Counted from the first letter of the stretch, positions 20,370 to 30,400 are shown. The stretch: 64,000 nt of DNA from an uncultured Candidatus Saccharibacteria bacterium (GCA_964544225.1 CAZIZK010000001.1:271477-335476); one strand, 5' to 3'. The notes: generated by a model not told the origin, from the sequence alone. A program made the numbers and translations.

Positions 20370-20500
20370 AGATAAATTATACCCTATACAATACCTTTTT
20401 TACACTTTGACACATGGGTATTTTGTGCTGGAATTGTAGCTTTTTTGTTTACCTACAGTGTGGTAAAATTTGGCTATTAACACATAGCTTAAAAATTAAC

Positions 20501-21757
20501 ATGTATATCGATCAACAAGACAAAGAGGTGTGGGATGCAATAAAGGGTGAGGAGAAGAGGGAGGAGGATGGCCTGGAATTGATACCATCTGAGAACTATG
20601 TATCACTTGCTGTTCGCGAAGCGAATGGCTCTGTATTTACTAACAAATATTCCGAGGGGTACCCAGGCCGTCGATATTACGGTGGGCAGGAATTTACCGA
20701 TGTTGTAGAGCGCCTAGCTATTGATCGTGCATGCCAACTTTTCAATTGTAAATTTGCCAATGTTCAGCCGCACTCAGGTGCACCTGCGAACCTGGCTGTA
20801 TACGCAGCACTACTTGCGCCAGGTGACACAGTGATGGGCATGGATCTTTCACACGGTGGGCACCTTACTCATGGCCACCCTATGACACTGCCAGCAAAGA
20901 TTTATAAATTCGTAACTTACAAGATGAAGGACCCAGAGACAGGCGAGATCGATTACGATGATATGATGCGTGTTGCAAAGGAAGAGAAGCCAAAATTAAT
21001 TATTGCCGGATTCTCTGCATACCCACGTACTCTTGATTATAAAAAGTTCGTAGACATAGCACACGAAGTGGGTGCTATCACTATGGCAGACATGGCGCAT
21101 ATTGCAGGCCTGATCGCAGGCAAGGCAGCACAGAACCCATTTGATTATGGTTTTGATATTATTACTACCACAACTCACAAGACACTTCGTGGTCCACGTG
21201 GAGGCATGATCCTTGTTCGAGAGAATGAGGAGATAGCAAAGAAGATCGATAAAAGTATCTTCCCAGGTATCCAGGGTGGCCCACACATGCACACAATAGC
21301 GGCAAAGGCTGTAGCCTTTGGTGAGGCAATGACACCTGCATACCAAGCCTATACACAGCAAGTATTGAAGAATGCAAAGGCAATGGAAGAAGTGTTTCGG
21401 GCAGAAGGTGTACGCATGATAGGTGGAGGTACAGACAACCACCTTATCCTTGCAGACGTTTTCGGTTCACTTGGTGTAACTGGCAAGGAGGCCCAGACAG
21501 TGCTAGACGAAGTGGGTATCACACTAAACATGAACTCGATAGCAGGGGACACTCGCAAGCCTTTGGACCCATCTGGTATCCGATTCGGAACACCAGCTAT
21601 CACTACTCGTGGATTCAAAGAAGAGGATTGTAAAGAGGTGGCAAGGTTGTTGATCCAGACTTTAAAGAACAAAGACAATACAGAGATGAAGGCCGAAATA
21701 AAAGCAAAAATAAAAACTCTCGCCCACTCTCACCCAATCCCAGAGAAGTTTGTGTAA
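20501..21757 (+). CDS. glyA: Serine hydroxymethyltransferase
   Basis: ELIPSEN, NKYSEGYPGRRYYGG, TTTTHKTLRGPRGG; ATG at 20501 preferred. Confidence 0.97.
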   Translation: MYIDQQDKEVWDAIKGEEKREEDGLELIPSENYVSLAVREANGSVFTNKYSEGYPGRRYYGGQEFTDVVERLAIDRACQLFNCKFANVQPHSGAPANLAVYAALLAPGDTVMGMDLSHGGHLTHGHPMTLPAKIYKFVTYKMKDPETGEIDYDDMMRVAKEEKPKLIIAGFSAYPRTLDYKKFVDIAHEVGAITMADMAHIAGLIAGKAAQNPFDYGFDIITTTTHKTLRGPRGGMILVRENEEIAKKIDKSIFPGIQGGPHMHTIAAKAVAFGEAMTPAYQAYTQQVLKNAKAMEEVFRAEGVRMIGGGTDNHLILADVFGSLGVTGKEAQTVLDEVGITLNMNSIAGDTRKPLDPSGIRFGTPAITTRGFKEEDCKEVARLLIQTLKNKDNTEMKAEIKAKIKTLAHSHPIPEKFV

Positions 21758-21761
21758 GAAT

Positions 21762-22295
21762 ATGCAAGAAAATCCATTTAAAAATCAAGAAAATTCTGAA
21801 CCAGTTTTTACCCCTGAGCTTAAACAAAAGCTGTCAGATTCTTTTATGCAGTCTTTAAATGAAGGTAAGATTGAAATAAAAGAACGAGAGCATCTGCTTA
21901 GGAACGTAATAGGAGCCCCAGAATCTTTTATTGAAGCAGAGCATGGACTTAGTATTTTTAGAAATGCATTATACAAATTAATAAAAAACTCAGATTTTCC
22001 TGATTGTAAAAATAAAATGATTTTACGTCAAAGTGTTGGTTTCGACCTGAGTACACTTTCTCTAAGATCTTTTTTAGATAAGTTAAATAAAGGAGAAATT
22101 TCTAAAGAAGATTTTCATTCAATTGAATCAATAAAGGCTATGCATTCTTATTTGAACAGTGTTAATTTGACTCTCTCTACATTAAAAGAAATATTGACTC
22201 CAGAAGTTAATGTCGCTATTCATGCATACGCTGAAGAAATCTTTATAAAACCGTATAAACAGGCTATTGAAAACTTTAAAGAGACTAAAGAATAA
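21762..22295 (+). CDS. Hypothetical protein
   Basis: 177-codon ORF in the glyA gene run; AT-rich; no recognisable motif. Confidence 0.6.
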   Translation: MQENPFKNQENSEPVFTPELKQKLSDSFMQSLNEGKIEIKEREHLLRNVIGAPESFIEAEHGLSIFRNALYKLIKNSDFPDCKNKMILRQSVGFDLSTLSLRSFLDKLNKGEISKEDFHSIESIKAMHSYLNSVNLTLSTLKEILTPEVNVAIHAYAEEIFIKPYKQAIENFKETKE

Positions 22296-22299
22296 TTTT

Positions 22300-22578
22300 A
22301 TGGAACAGACAGATAAAAAACTTTGGTTCAAGAGGAAGCCTTATGGATGGGGTTGGGTACCTGTGTCATGGCAGGGGTGGGTGGTGGTGTTGGTTTATAT
22401 TTTATTGATGCTGAGTGCTTCGTATATGAACCAAACACAATTTCCAGACGGCAATTTTTTTATTGGTTTTGTATTTCCATTTATTATATTTACCTCTATC
22501 CTTATTTTTATTTGTTATAAAAAGGGGGAGAGTCCAAGATGGCAATGGGGTAATAAAGATAATAATTTAGATAAATAA
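22300..22578 (+). CDS. Small two-TM hypothetical membrane protein
   Basis: WFKRK.YGWGW.P.SWQGW followed by two hydrophobic helices. Confidence 0.75.
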   Translation: MEQTDKKLWFKRKPYGWGWVPVSWQGWVVVLVYILLMLSASYMNQTQFPDGNFFIGFVFPFIIFTSILIFICYKKGESPRWQWGNKDNNLDK

Positions 22579-22579
22579 T

Positions 22580-23047
22580 ATGGCACATATTCATGAAAAA
22601 ATAGATTTTACAGTAGAGGTATTTATTGTCCACAAGGATAAAGTGCTTCTTCGTATGCATGACAAGTTTAAATTCTGGCTTTCTATTGGTGGACATATCG
22701 AGCTCGATGAGGATCCAATACAGGCAGCGTATAGGGAAGTGAAAGAGGAGGTAGGTTTAGATATTAAAATAATAGGTAATGCAGAACCTGAAAGTATACG
22801 TACCGATGATTTCTACCCACTTATAAACCCTAGGTTCTTATGTAGGCATTTTGTGAACCCAACTCACGAGCATATTTGTTTTGTGTATTTTGCCACTACC
22901 GATAACCCAGAGACCCTCGATTCAGTGCTTGAACATGAACAAGGGGCAGAGACGAAGTGGTTTACAATGGATGATTTAGATAATACGGATTTGGTTCCAA
23001 ATGTCCGCTTCTACGCCAAAGAAGCCTTAAAAGAACTGGGTTCGTAG
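22580..23047 (+). CDS. NUDIX hydrolase
   Basis: GGHIELDEDPIQAAYREVKEEVGL Nudix box. Confidence 0.92.
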   Translation: MAHIHEKIDFTVEVFIVHKDKVLLRMHDKFKFWLSIGGHIELDEDPIQAAYREVKEEVGLDIKIIGNAEPESIRTDDFYPLINPRFLCRHFVNPTHEHICFVYFATTDNPETLDSVLEHEQGAETKWFTMDDLDNTDLVPNVRFYAKEALKELGS

Positions 23048-23065
23048 ATATGATATAATTCTCGT

Positions 23066-23758
23066 ATGAAGAAAGGCAAACTAATTGTAATAGACGGCAC
23101 AGATGGAAGTGGCAAGGCGACACAGGTCGCCCTTTTGAGTAAGAGGTTGGTGAAGGACGGGTACAAGGTAAAGAATGTAGACTTTCCAGAATATTACAAA
23201 AACTTTTTTGGTAAATTTATCGGCCACTGTTTGAGTGAGCAGTATTATAATTGGGTAAATATTCACCCAAAGATTGCATCGATTGCCTATGCTGCTGACA
23301 GATGGGAATCTTCAGAAGAGGTGAAGAAGTGGCTAGACAAAGGCTACATAATCCTTGCGAACCGTTATGTTAGTTCAAACCAAATCCACCAAGGTGGCAA
23401 GATAAAGAGTGCAGTAAAAAGGCAGGCATTTATCGAGTGGCTCGACGAAATGGAATACAAAGTTTTCAAGATTCCACGACCAGATGTCGTACTTTACTTG
23501 AGTTTATCAATGCCATTTATCAATAAACTAATAAAAGAGAGGAATAAGAACCAGAGTCGCGCATACCTAGGCAAGAAGAAGGATATAGTAGAAGGTGATA
23601 AGGAGTATATGTCCAATTCAATAAAGAGTGCATTGTGGCTTGCCAAGACCCAGAAGAATTATATGCAGATCGATTGTGCCCCGAAGAATGTATTGCGTAC
23701 CCGCGAAGATATCCATGAAGAAGTTTACAAAAATGTTTTAAAAGTTTTAAAGAAGTAA
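23066..23758 (+). CDS. tmk: Thymidylate kinase
   Basis: IDGTDGSGKAT P-loop, YAADR, NRY..SN. Confidence 0.9.
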   Translation: MKKGKLIVIDGTDGSGKATQVALLSKRLVKDGYKVKNVDFPEYYKNFFGKFIGHCLSEQYYNWVNIHPKIASIAYAADRWESSEEVKKWLDKGYIILANRYVSSNQIHQGGKIKSAVKRQAFIEWLDEMEYKVFKIPRPDVVLYLSLSMPFINKLIKERNKNQSRAYLGKKKDIVEGDKEYMSNSIKSALWLAKTQKNYMQIDCAPKNVLRTREDIHEEVYKNVLKVLKK

Positions 23759-23787
23759 ATATTATAAATTAATTTTTTAGATAAATT

Positions 23788-24117
23788 ATGGAACTAAATG
23801 AATATCAAAAGAAGGCACTAACTACTGCTATGCACCCAGAGAAATATAATATTATTTATCCAGCACTTGGTTTGGGTAATGAAGCGGGGGAGGTTATGGG
23901 CAAGATAAAGAAGTGGCTCCGGGGTGATGATGGTGAACAGATGAGTGATGAAAGGAAGGATGCATTGAAAGGTGAGTTGGGTGATGTATTGTGGTACCTA
24001 GCAGTTTTGGCACATGATTTAGGGATAGAACTTGATGATGTTGCAAAATCAAATGTAGATAAACTTCAATCAAGAAAAGAGAGGGGGACAATACAAGGCG
24101 ATGGAGATATAAGATAA
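23788..24117 (+). CDS. MazG-like all-alpha NTP pyrophosphohydrolase
   Basis: LGLGNEAGEV and ELGDVLWY motifs. Confidence 0.9.
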   Translation: MELNEYQKKALTTAMHPEKYNIIYPALGLGNEAGEVMGKIKKWLRGDDGEQMSDERKDALKGELGDVLWYLAVLAHDLGIELDDVAKSNVDKLQSRKERGTIQGDGDIR

Positions 24118-24154
24118 AATAAAAAATCCGAGACAAGTCTCGGATTTTTTATTT
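24117..24154. terminator. Bidirectional terminator
   Basis: AAATAAAAAATCCGAGAC/GTCTCGGATTTTTTATTT inverted repeat. Confidence 0.8.
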
Positions 24155-24311
24155 ATACACCTGCGGGCTTTTGGCCCGGTTCGTTGTCGGTGCGTTTTTT
24201 AGGGGCACTTTCTTGATGTTGTTCTTCATCTGGCTTTTCTTGTGGGGCAGGGGCTGGCTGAGCGGCTTGATCACCCATACTTTCGGGTGTTTTAAATTCA
24301 AATTTTTCCAT
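24153..24311 (-). CDS. Small hydrophilic hypothetical protein (52 aa, Pro/Glu/Gln-rich)
   Basis: ATG at 24311 downstream of a minus-strand TTGACA; ends at the bidirectional terminator. Confidence 0.5.
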   Translation of the reverse strand: MEKFEFKTPESMGDQAAQPAPAPQEKPDEEQHQESAPKKRTDNEPGQKPAGV

Positions 24312-24377
24312 ACACACATCTTCTGCTTTTATGGGTGAAATGTCAACATATTGGCAAAAATATGTTAAAGTGGCTTT

Positions 24378-26105
24378 ATGATACAAGACGAGATAAAAGC
24401 TCATATAGGTAAAGCCTTGCAGACTTTAGGGATAGAGGCAGGGGCTATAATACTCGAGCACCCAGCTGATATGGCCAATGGTGACTATTCGACCAATGTG
24501 GCTATGGCTTATGCCAAGGTGGCAGGCAAGAACCCAAAGGTTCTAGCAGAAGAAATAAAGCTCGAGATAGAGAAGGATCTACCAAAAGAAATAGAAAAGG
24601 TCACAGTAGCAGGTGCAGGATTTATTAACTTTTATTTATCTCGTGAATTTTTTACAAATGAAATTAGTGATATTTTAAATAAAGGTGGGGAGTGGGGCAA
24701 GAGTGAGATATCAAAAGGTAAAAAGATAATGGTAGAGTATACCGACCCAAACCCTTTCAAGCCTTTCCATATTGGCCACCTTATGACCAATGCCATAGGT
24801 GAGTCAGTGGCACGTATTGTCGAGTTCTCCGGGGCTACAACTGTCCGTGCAAATTATCAGGGCGATGTAGGCATGCACGTAGCAAAAGCAATATACGGTA
24901 TGTACAAGGCCGGCTCTCCGGCAGATGAATCTGCATCGGCTTCAGTTCTAGCTCAATACATAGGTGATTGTTATGCGAAGGGTAGCGATGCTTATGATAA
25001 TGACCCTGAGGCTAAAAAAGAAATCGAAGCTCTGAATAAAAAAGTTTACGACAGGAGCGATGCCGAAGTAAATAAAATATATGACTGGGGTCGCGAGGTG
25101 ACTCTAGAAGCATTCGAAGAAATATATAAAATCCTTGGGACAAAATTTAAACATTACTTTTTTGAAAGTGTGATGGCCCCAATAGGGGAGAAAATTGTAA
25201 GGGGTAATATGCCAAATGTTTTCGAGGAGTCCGATGGGGCAATAGTTTTTAAAGCAGAGAACTATGACCCAAAGTTGCATACCCGTGTATTCATTACATC
25301 ACTAGGCATACCATTGTACGAGACAAAGGAAATAGGCCTAACCATGACAAAGTTCGAAAAGGAGCAGGACCTAGACTTATCTATAGTAGTGACCGCTATT
25401 GAACAAGGCGAGTATATGAAAGTAGTAGCAAAGGCTATATCACTTATCCACCCAGAGTACGAGGCACGCATGAAGCATATTACTCACGGCATGATGCGCC
25501 TAACAAGTGGCAAGATGAGTTCACGCAAGGGTAATATTATTACTGGAGAGTCATTATTGCGCGACTCTATCGACACTGTTTATGAAAAGATGTCCGAGAG
25601 GGATTTGAGCGATGATGAGAAGAAGAGTATTGCAGAAGTAGTAGGTGTATCCGCACTAAAATATTCCATACTACGTTCATCACTAGGGTCGGATATTATT
25701 TATGATTCTGAAAAGTCTATATCTTTCGAAGGTGACTCGGGCCCGTACCTACAATACACAGCGGTGCGTGCACGAGCGATTCTGAACAAGATAGAAGAAT
25801 CGCAATTACAAATTACGAATGACGAATTACGAAACAAAGCCCCAGAATCTACAACTGTTTTGGAGAAAATGTTGTATCAATTCCCCGAAGTTGTTGCCCG
25901 CACGTATACAGAACTTGAGCCACATCATATAGCAACATACGCTACCGAGCTTGCAAGTAGCTTCAATAGTTTCTATGGCAATACTCATATACTAAATGAT
26001 GAAAATGAACATAAGGTTTACCACCTAGCTCTTGTGCAAGCTTTCCACACTACAATGCAAAACGCCCTCTACCTCCTAGGCATCCAAACCCCAAATAAAA
26101 TGTAA
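24378..26105 (+). CDS. argS: Arginine--tRNA ligase
   Basis: GDYSTNVA, PNPFKPFHIGH, KMSSRKG, GPYLQY. Confidence 0.97.
   Translation: MIQDEIKAHIGKALQTLGIEAGAIILEHPADMANGDYSTNVAMAYAKVAGKNPKVLAEEIKLEIEKDLPKEIEKVTVAGAGFINFYLSREFFTNEISDILNKGGEWGKSEISKGKKIMVEYTDPNPFKPFHIGHLMTNAIGESVARIVEFSGATTVRANYQGDVGMHVAKAIYGMYKAGSPADESASASVLAQYIGDCYAKGSDAYDNDPEAKKEIEALNKKVYDRSDAEVNKIYDWGREVTLEAFEEIYKILGTKFKHYFFESVMAPIGEKIVRGNMPNVFEESDGAIVFKAENYDPKLHTRVFITSLGIPLYETKEIGLTMTKFEKEQDLDLSIVVTAIEQGEYMKVVAKAISLIHPEYEARMKHITHGMMRLTSGKMSSRKGNIITGESLLRDSIDTVYEKMSERDLSDDEKKSIAEVVGVSALKYSILRSSLGSDIIYDSEKSISFEGDSGPYLQYTAVRARAILNKIEESQLQITNDELRNKAPESTTVLEKMLYQFPEVVARTYTELEPHHIATYATELASSFNSFYGNTHILNDENEHKVYHLALVQAFHTTMQNALYLLGIQTPNKM
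25804..25831 (+). repeat. Four tandem AATTACG-type heptamers inside argS
   Basis: aattaca aattacg aatgacg aattacg, within the segment encoding QLQITNDELR. Confidence 0.65.
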
Positions 26106-26157
26106 GCTTTACTTTTTGCCATAAAATGGTAGTTTGGAAGAAAAACAAACGATCATT

Positions 26158-27198
26158 ATGGAAACACCAAAAATTGCCATTATTGGCGCGACAGGTCTTG
26201 TAGGCCAAACTCTTTTGAGTTTAATGGGGGAAAAGGATTTCTTTCATAAATTCATTCTAAAGGACAAGCTACTACTCGTGGCTTCGGACAATTCAGTAAA
26301 AAACAAATTAAAGTGTGATGTGCTGAATCACCAAATTCAGGTTATTACACTGGAAGAAGCTTTGAAAGAAAAGCCCGACATTGTAATAATGTCCGCAGGA
26401 GAGAAAATTTCCGCAGAGTGGGCAATTAAGTTCAGGAATGCGAACAAAGATTCGTGGGTGATAGATAATTCACCGCAATGGAGAATGAAGGATCATATTC
26501 CACTAACACTTCCGCATCTCAACTGGAGTCCCAACAAAAAGCACCGGATCATTCCAGTACCGAACTGCGTAGCTGTAATGCTTGCAACAGCATTATACCC
26601 GCTTACAAAAGAGGATTTGAAATTGTATTACGTGTCTGCAACAGTAATGCAAAGTGTATCTGGCACAGGCAATACTGGTATCGATGCTTGGGAAAAGGAG
26701 TTGGAGAATGGTGGCAATAAAAAAGCCAAAGATTCCCCATATCTTTTTCAGTCTTTAGGGAACATTCAGCAGGCAACCCGTGTAAAGGAAGGGGAAAATT
26801 ATAATGATGAAGAGAAAAAAGTGATTGCAGAAATGCAGAAACTTTTTTATCCGAACTTTCAGAAATTTCCAATCAGTCCATCGTGCTTCCGTGATGGTGT
26901 AAAGGTAGGGCACTGGGCACGTGTTCGTGTAAAGATGCCACTTCGTGCAACACTAAAGCGTGTAAAAGGCGCCTTGAGTATGGGTTCTATAGTGAAATAT
27001 ACCGATAAGCCAACTGACATTTTGTCGGTGGTCGGTAAAAATTATGCCTTGGTGTACGACCTTCGTGTAGATGAACACGCCGGTGATGCAAATTATGCAT
27101 GGTATGAATTTACCGTAGTCTCTGACAATTTGCGTTTAGGTGCTGCATCTACCGCACTATTGTGTGCGGAAAAAATAATCAAAAAGTTCTACAAGTAA
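26158..27198 (+). CDS. asd: Aspartate-semialdehyde dehydrogenase (divergent)
   Basis: IIGATGLVG, VIDNS, PNC, QSVSGTG, GH, DNLRLGAA. Confidence 0.88.
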   Translation: METPKIAIIGATGLVGQTLLSLMGEKDFFHKFILKDKLLLVASDNSVKNKLKCDVLNHQIQVITLEEALKEKPDIVIMSAGEKISAEWAIKFRNANKDSWVIDNSPQWRMKDHIPLTLPHLNWSPNKKHRIIPVPNCVAVMLATALYPLTKEDLKLYYVSATVMQSVSGTGNTGIDAWEKELENGGNKKAKDSPYLFQSLGNIQQATRVKEGENYNDEEKKVIAEMQKLFYPNFQKFPISPSCFRDGVKVGHWARVRVKMPLRATLKRVKGALSMGSIVKYTDKPTDILSVVGKNYALVYDLRVDEHAGDANYAWYEFTVVSDNLRLGAASTALLCAEKIIKKFYK

Positions 27199-27216
27199 AA
27201 TGGTAGAACGAATCAT

Positions 27217-27249
27217 AAAAGGCTTGTCCATGTGACAGGTCTTTTTTTT
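27217..27249 (+). terminator. Intrinsic terminator after asd
   Basis: AAAAGGCTTGTC/GACAGGTCTTTT stem followed by a T-run. Confidence 0.7.
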
Positions 27250-27250
27250 C

Positions 27251-27278
27251 TTGCAAAATTTGGGTTTTAGGGTATGAT
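27251..27278 (+). promoter_or_regulatory. Sigma70-like promoter for the ileS leader
   Basis: TTGCAA-16 nt-TATGAT immediately upstream of the T-box. Confidence 0.55.
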
Positions 27279-27286
27279 TTGGGTAT

Positions 27287-27463
27287 AAGTCATTAGAGGC
27301 TATCACCTCTAGAGCTTGCAATCTTGCAGGCAGGCTTTGGGAAGAAAGCCGTAAGGGCCGTAGAACCCACGAAATGAGAGCCCGAGAGGGAAACAAGGTG
27401 GTACCGCGAGAAGCTCGTCCTTGTATAACAATTTGTATTGTTGTACGTGGACGAGTTTTTTTT
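27287..27463 (+). ncRNA. T-box riboswitch (Ile, AUC specifier) with ultrashort Stem I and intrinsic terminator
   Basis: Stem I TAGAGG-CTATCA-CCTCTA; Stem II with GAAGAA/GTAGAA S-turn; antiterminator ACAAGG-TGGTACC-GCGAG/CTCGT-CCTTGT; terminator CTCGTCC...GGACGAG followed by T8; upstream of ileS. Confidence 0.92.
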
Positions 27464-27484
27464 ATTAACCCAAATTATTTTATT

Positions 27485-30400
27485 ATGAACACACAAAAAG
27501 GAAATCAAGACCCCGAAAGAACTAACGATTCACTAAGTGAATCTACTTCTAACGGGGTAGGTAAATCTACAAACGCAAAAAGGGAAGAGAGTGTATTGGA
27601 GTTTTGGAAAGAGAATGACACTTTCAACAAGTCTCTGACAAAGGAGGCTCCAAAGGGAACTTACGTTTTCTACGATGGGCCACCATTTGCCACTGGCTTG
27701 CCACACTACGGCCACATACTAGGTAGTACTGCAAAGGATGTAATAGGGCGCTATCAGACAATGCGTGGCTTCCACGTGCCTAGGCGCTGGGGTTGGGATT
27801 GTCATGGTCTACCTATCGAGAATATTGTCGAGAAGGAACTAGGCATATCAGGGCGTAAAGCTATCGAGGAATTCGGCGTAGATAAATTCGCCGAGCATGC
27901 ACGCAGTGCTGTTTTGAAATATGTAGGCGAATGGAAGAAGACGGTGGACCGCATGGGTCGCTGGGTAGACTTCGACAACTCTTACAAGACCATGGACAAT
28001 AGCTTTATCGAGAGTGTCTGGTGGGCACTGGGGCAGATGAATGATAAAGAACTACTTTACGAGGGTGTGCGTGTATTGGCATACTGTCCACGTTGTGAGA
28101 CTCCAATAGCCAATAGTGAAATTGCTATGGATAACAGTTATAAAGATATAACTGATATTTCTGTTTATGTAAAGTTCAAAGTTGTTGGGCAGGATCATAC
28201 ATATCTACTAGCTTGGACTACAACACCGTGGACTTTGCCGGGTAACACTGCAATAGCGGTAAATAAAGATATTGATTATGTTTATGTGAAGACTAAAAAT
28301 AATGGTGGTGGGCACGACCATCTAATAGTGGCAAAGAACCTTTTTGATAAATTGAAAGATAAATTTACAGATCCGGAGATATTGAAGGAAGTGAAGGGGA
28401 GTGAATTGGTAGGCATGCAATACGAACCGGTGTTTGATTATTATAAAGATGTGGATATGCCAAACAAGGAAAATATTTGGCGTGTATGGCATGCAGATTT
28501 TGTAACAGATGACGCCGGTACAGGTATTGCCCACGAGGCCCCAGCATTTGGTGAGGATGATATGAACCTGGCAAAGGAACACAATATTCCATTTATAAGG
28601 CACGTAGAACCGAACGGGTTCTTTACCAAAGAGGTTACCGACTTCCCCGATGTAAAGGCCAAGCCAAAGGAGGACCCACAATCAACCGATGTATTGGTGA
28701 TAAAATATTTAGCACACAAAGGCTCACTATTTGCAAAGGAAAAGATCGTGCACTCATACCCACACTGCTATCGCTGCGATACGCCACTTCTGTATTACGC
28801 ATTGCCTTCATGGTTCATAAATGTGCAGAAGGTAAAGGCCGATGCATTGAAGAATGCCGAGGCTATGAATTGGGTCCCAAGCCATCTGAAAGAGGGTAGG
28901 TTCAAGCATATTATGGAGGGGGCGCCGGATTGGACAATATCTCGCAATCGATTTTGGGCGAGCCCTTTGCCATTCTGGAAGTCCGAGGGTGGTAAATTGA
29001 TGATAGTAAACTCTCTTGATGACCTGAAGAGCAAGGTAAAGAGGAGTGGAAACAGGTATTTCATAGTGCGTCATGGTGAAGCACAACACAATGTAGATAA
29101 TAGAATAAGTTATAAAGACGAGGCAGGCGACTTGCTTACTGACAAGGGCATAGCGCAGGCGGTAGATGTGGCTGATAAATTAAAACACTTTAATGTTACA
29201 AAAGTTTTTGCATCACGATTTGCCCGTACAAACCAAACAGCAGAAATAATTGTAGACAGTATCGGTGTAGCAAAAGACAGTATAAAGCACGATGAAAGAC
29301 TGATAGAGTTGAATCCAGGAGTTTATGATGGCCAAACATGGGAGAAGAGAAATGATTGGGCGTATAATCAACCGAGTTACTATCATGCAGCACCCGAGGG
29401 TGGCGAGAGTCATCAGGATGCAAAGAATAGATTTGGAGATTTTATTTACGAATTAGAAAGTAAGTATCAGAATGAAAATATATTGATCGTTACTCATGGT
29501 ATTGGCCTTGAAGTTTTGCCAGCAGTAGCATTGGCTGCTGATGAGGTAACATCATTCAATATATATAGGGACAACCCACACAACCCATGCACATTGATTG
29601 ATCTAGATTTCTTTCCACTACCACATAATGCACACTACGAGCTTGATTTACACAGGCCATATATTGACGCGATAAAGTTAGTAGACCATGAGGGTACCGA
29701 GTATACTCGTGTTCCTGAAGTTATCGACTGTTGGTTCGAGTCGGGTTCGATGCCTTTTGCCCAGGACCACTATCCATTTGAAAGGCCAAATTGGGAGAAG
29801 GAGAACTTCCCAGCAGGGTTCGTGGCTGAATATATTGCCCAGACACGTACATGGTTCTACTACACACATATAATATCGAGCACTTTGTTTGGTCATGCAC
29901 CATTCCAGAATGTGGTAACCACAGGAACCATACTTGCCGAAGATGGTAGCAAGATGAGTAAGTCAAAGAATAATTATCCAGACCCACAAATACTTTTTGA
30001 TAAGTATGGGGTAGATGCATTGCGCTTCTACCTTATGTCTTGCCCTGTAATGAAGGGGGAGGATGTAGCCTTTACCGAGAAGACTGTGCAAGAGATATCG
30101 AGCAAGATAGTAGGCAGATTGGAAAATGTTACAACATTTTATGAACTTTATAGAGATGTAAAACTAGAAACTAGCAACAAGAACCTAAAACCTAATAATG
30201 TTTTGGACAAGTGGATCTTGTCACGTCTTGCTGAGTTGGTTGTGGAAGTAACCGACGGCATGGAGGCATATGATATGGTTCTAGCCACACGACCTTTTGA
30301 ATTGTTTATTGAAGATTTGTCTACATGGTACCTACGCCGATCACGAGATAGACTGAAGGATGGTGACACTGAAGCCTTGGCTACTTTGTACCACGTACTG

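Noticed and set aside
27374-27484. ORF-track N-terminal extension of ileS
   Set aside because: It overlaps the T-box antiterminator and terminator; the real start is most likely 27485.
29040-29620. Intein in IleRS
   Set aside because: No Cys/Ser start, His-Asn end or LAGLIDADG motifs; the insert is a histidine-phosphatase domain.
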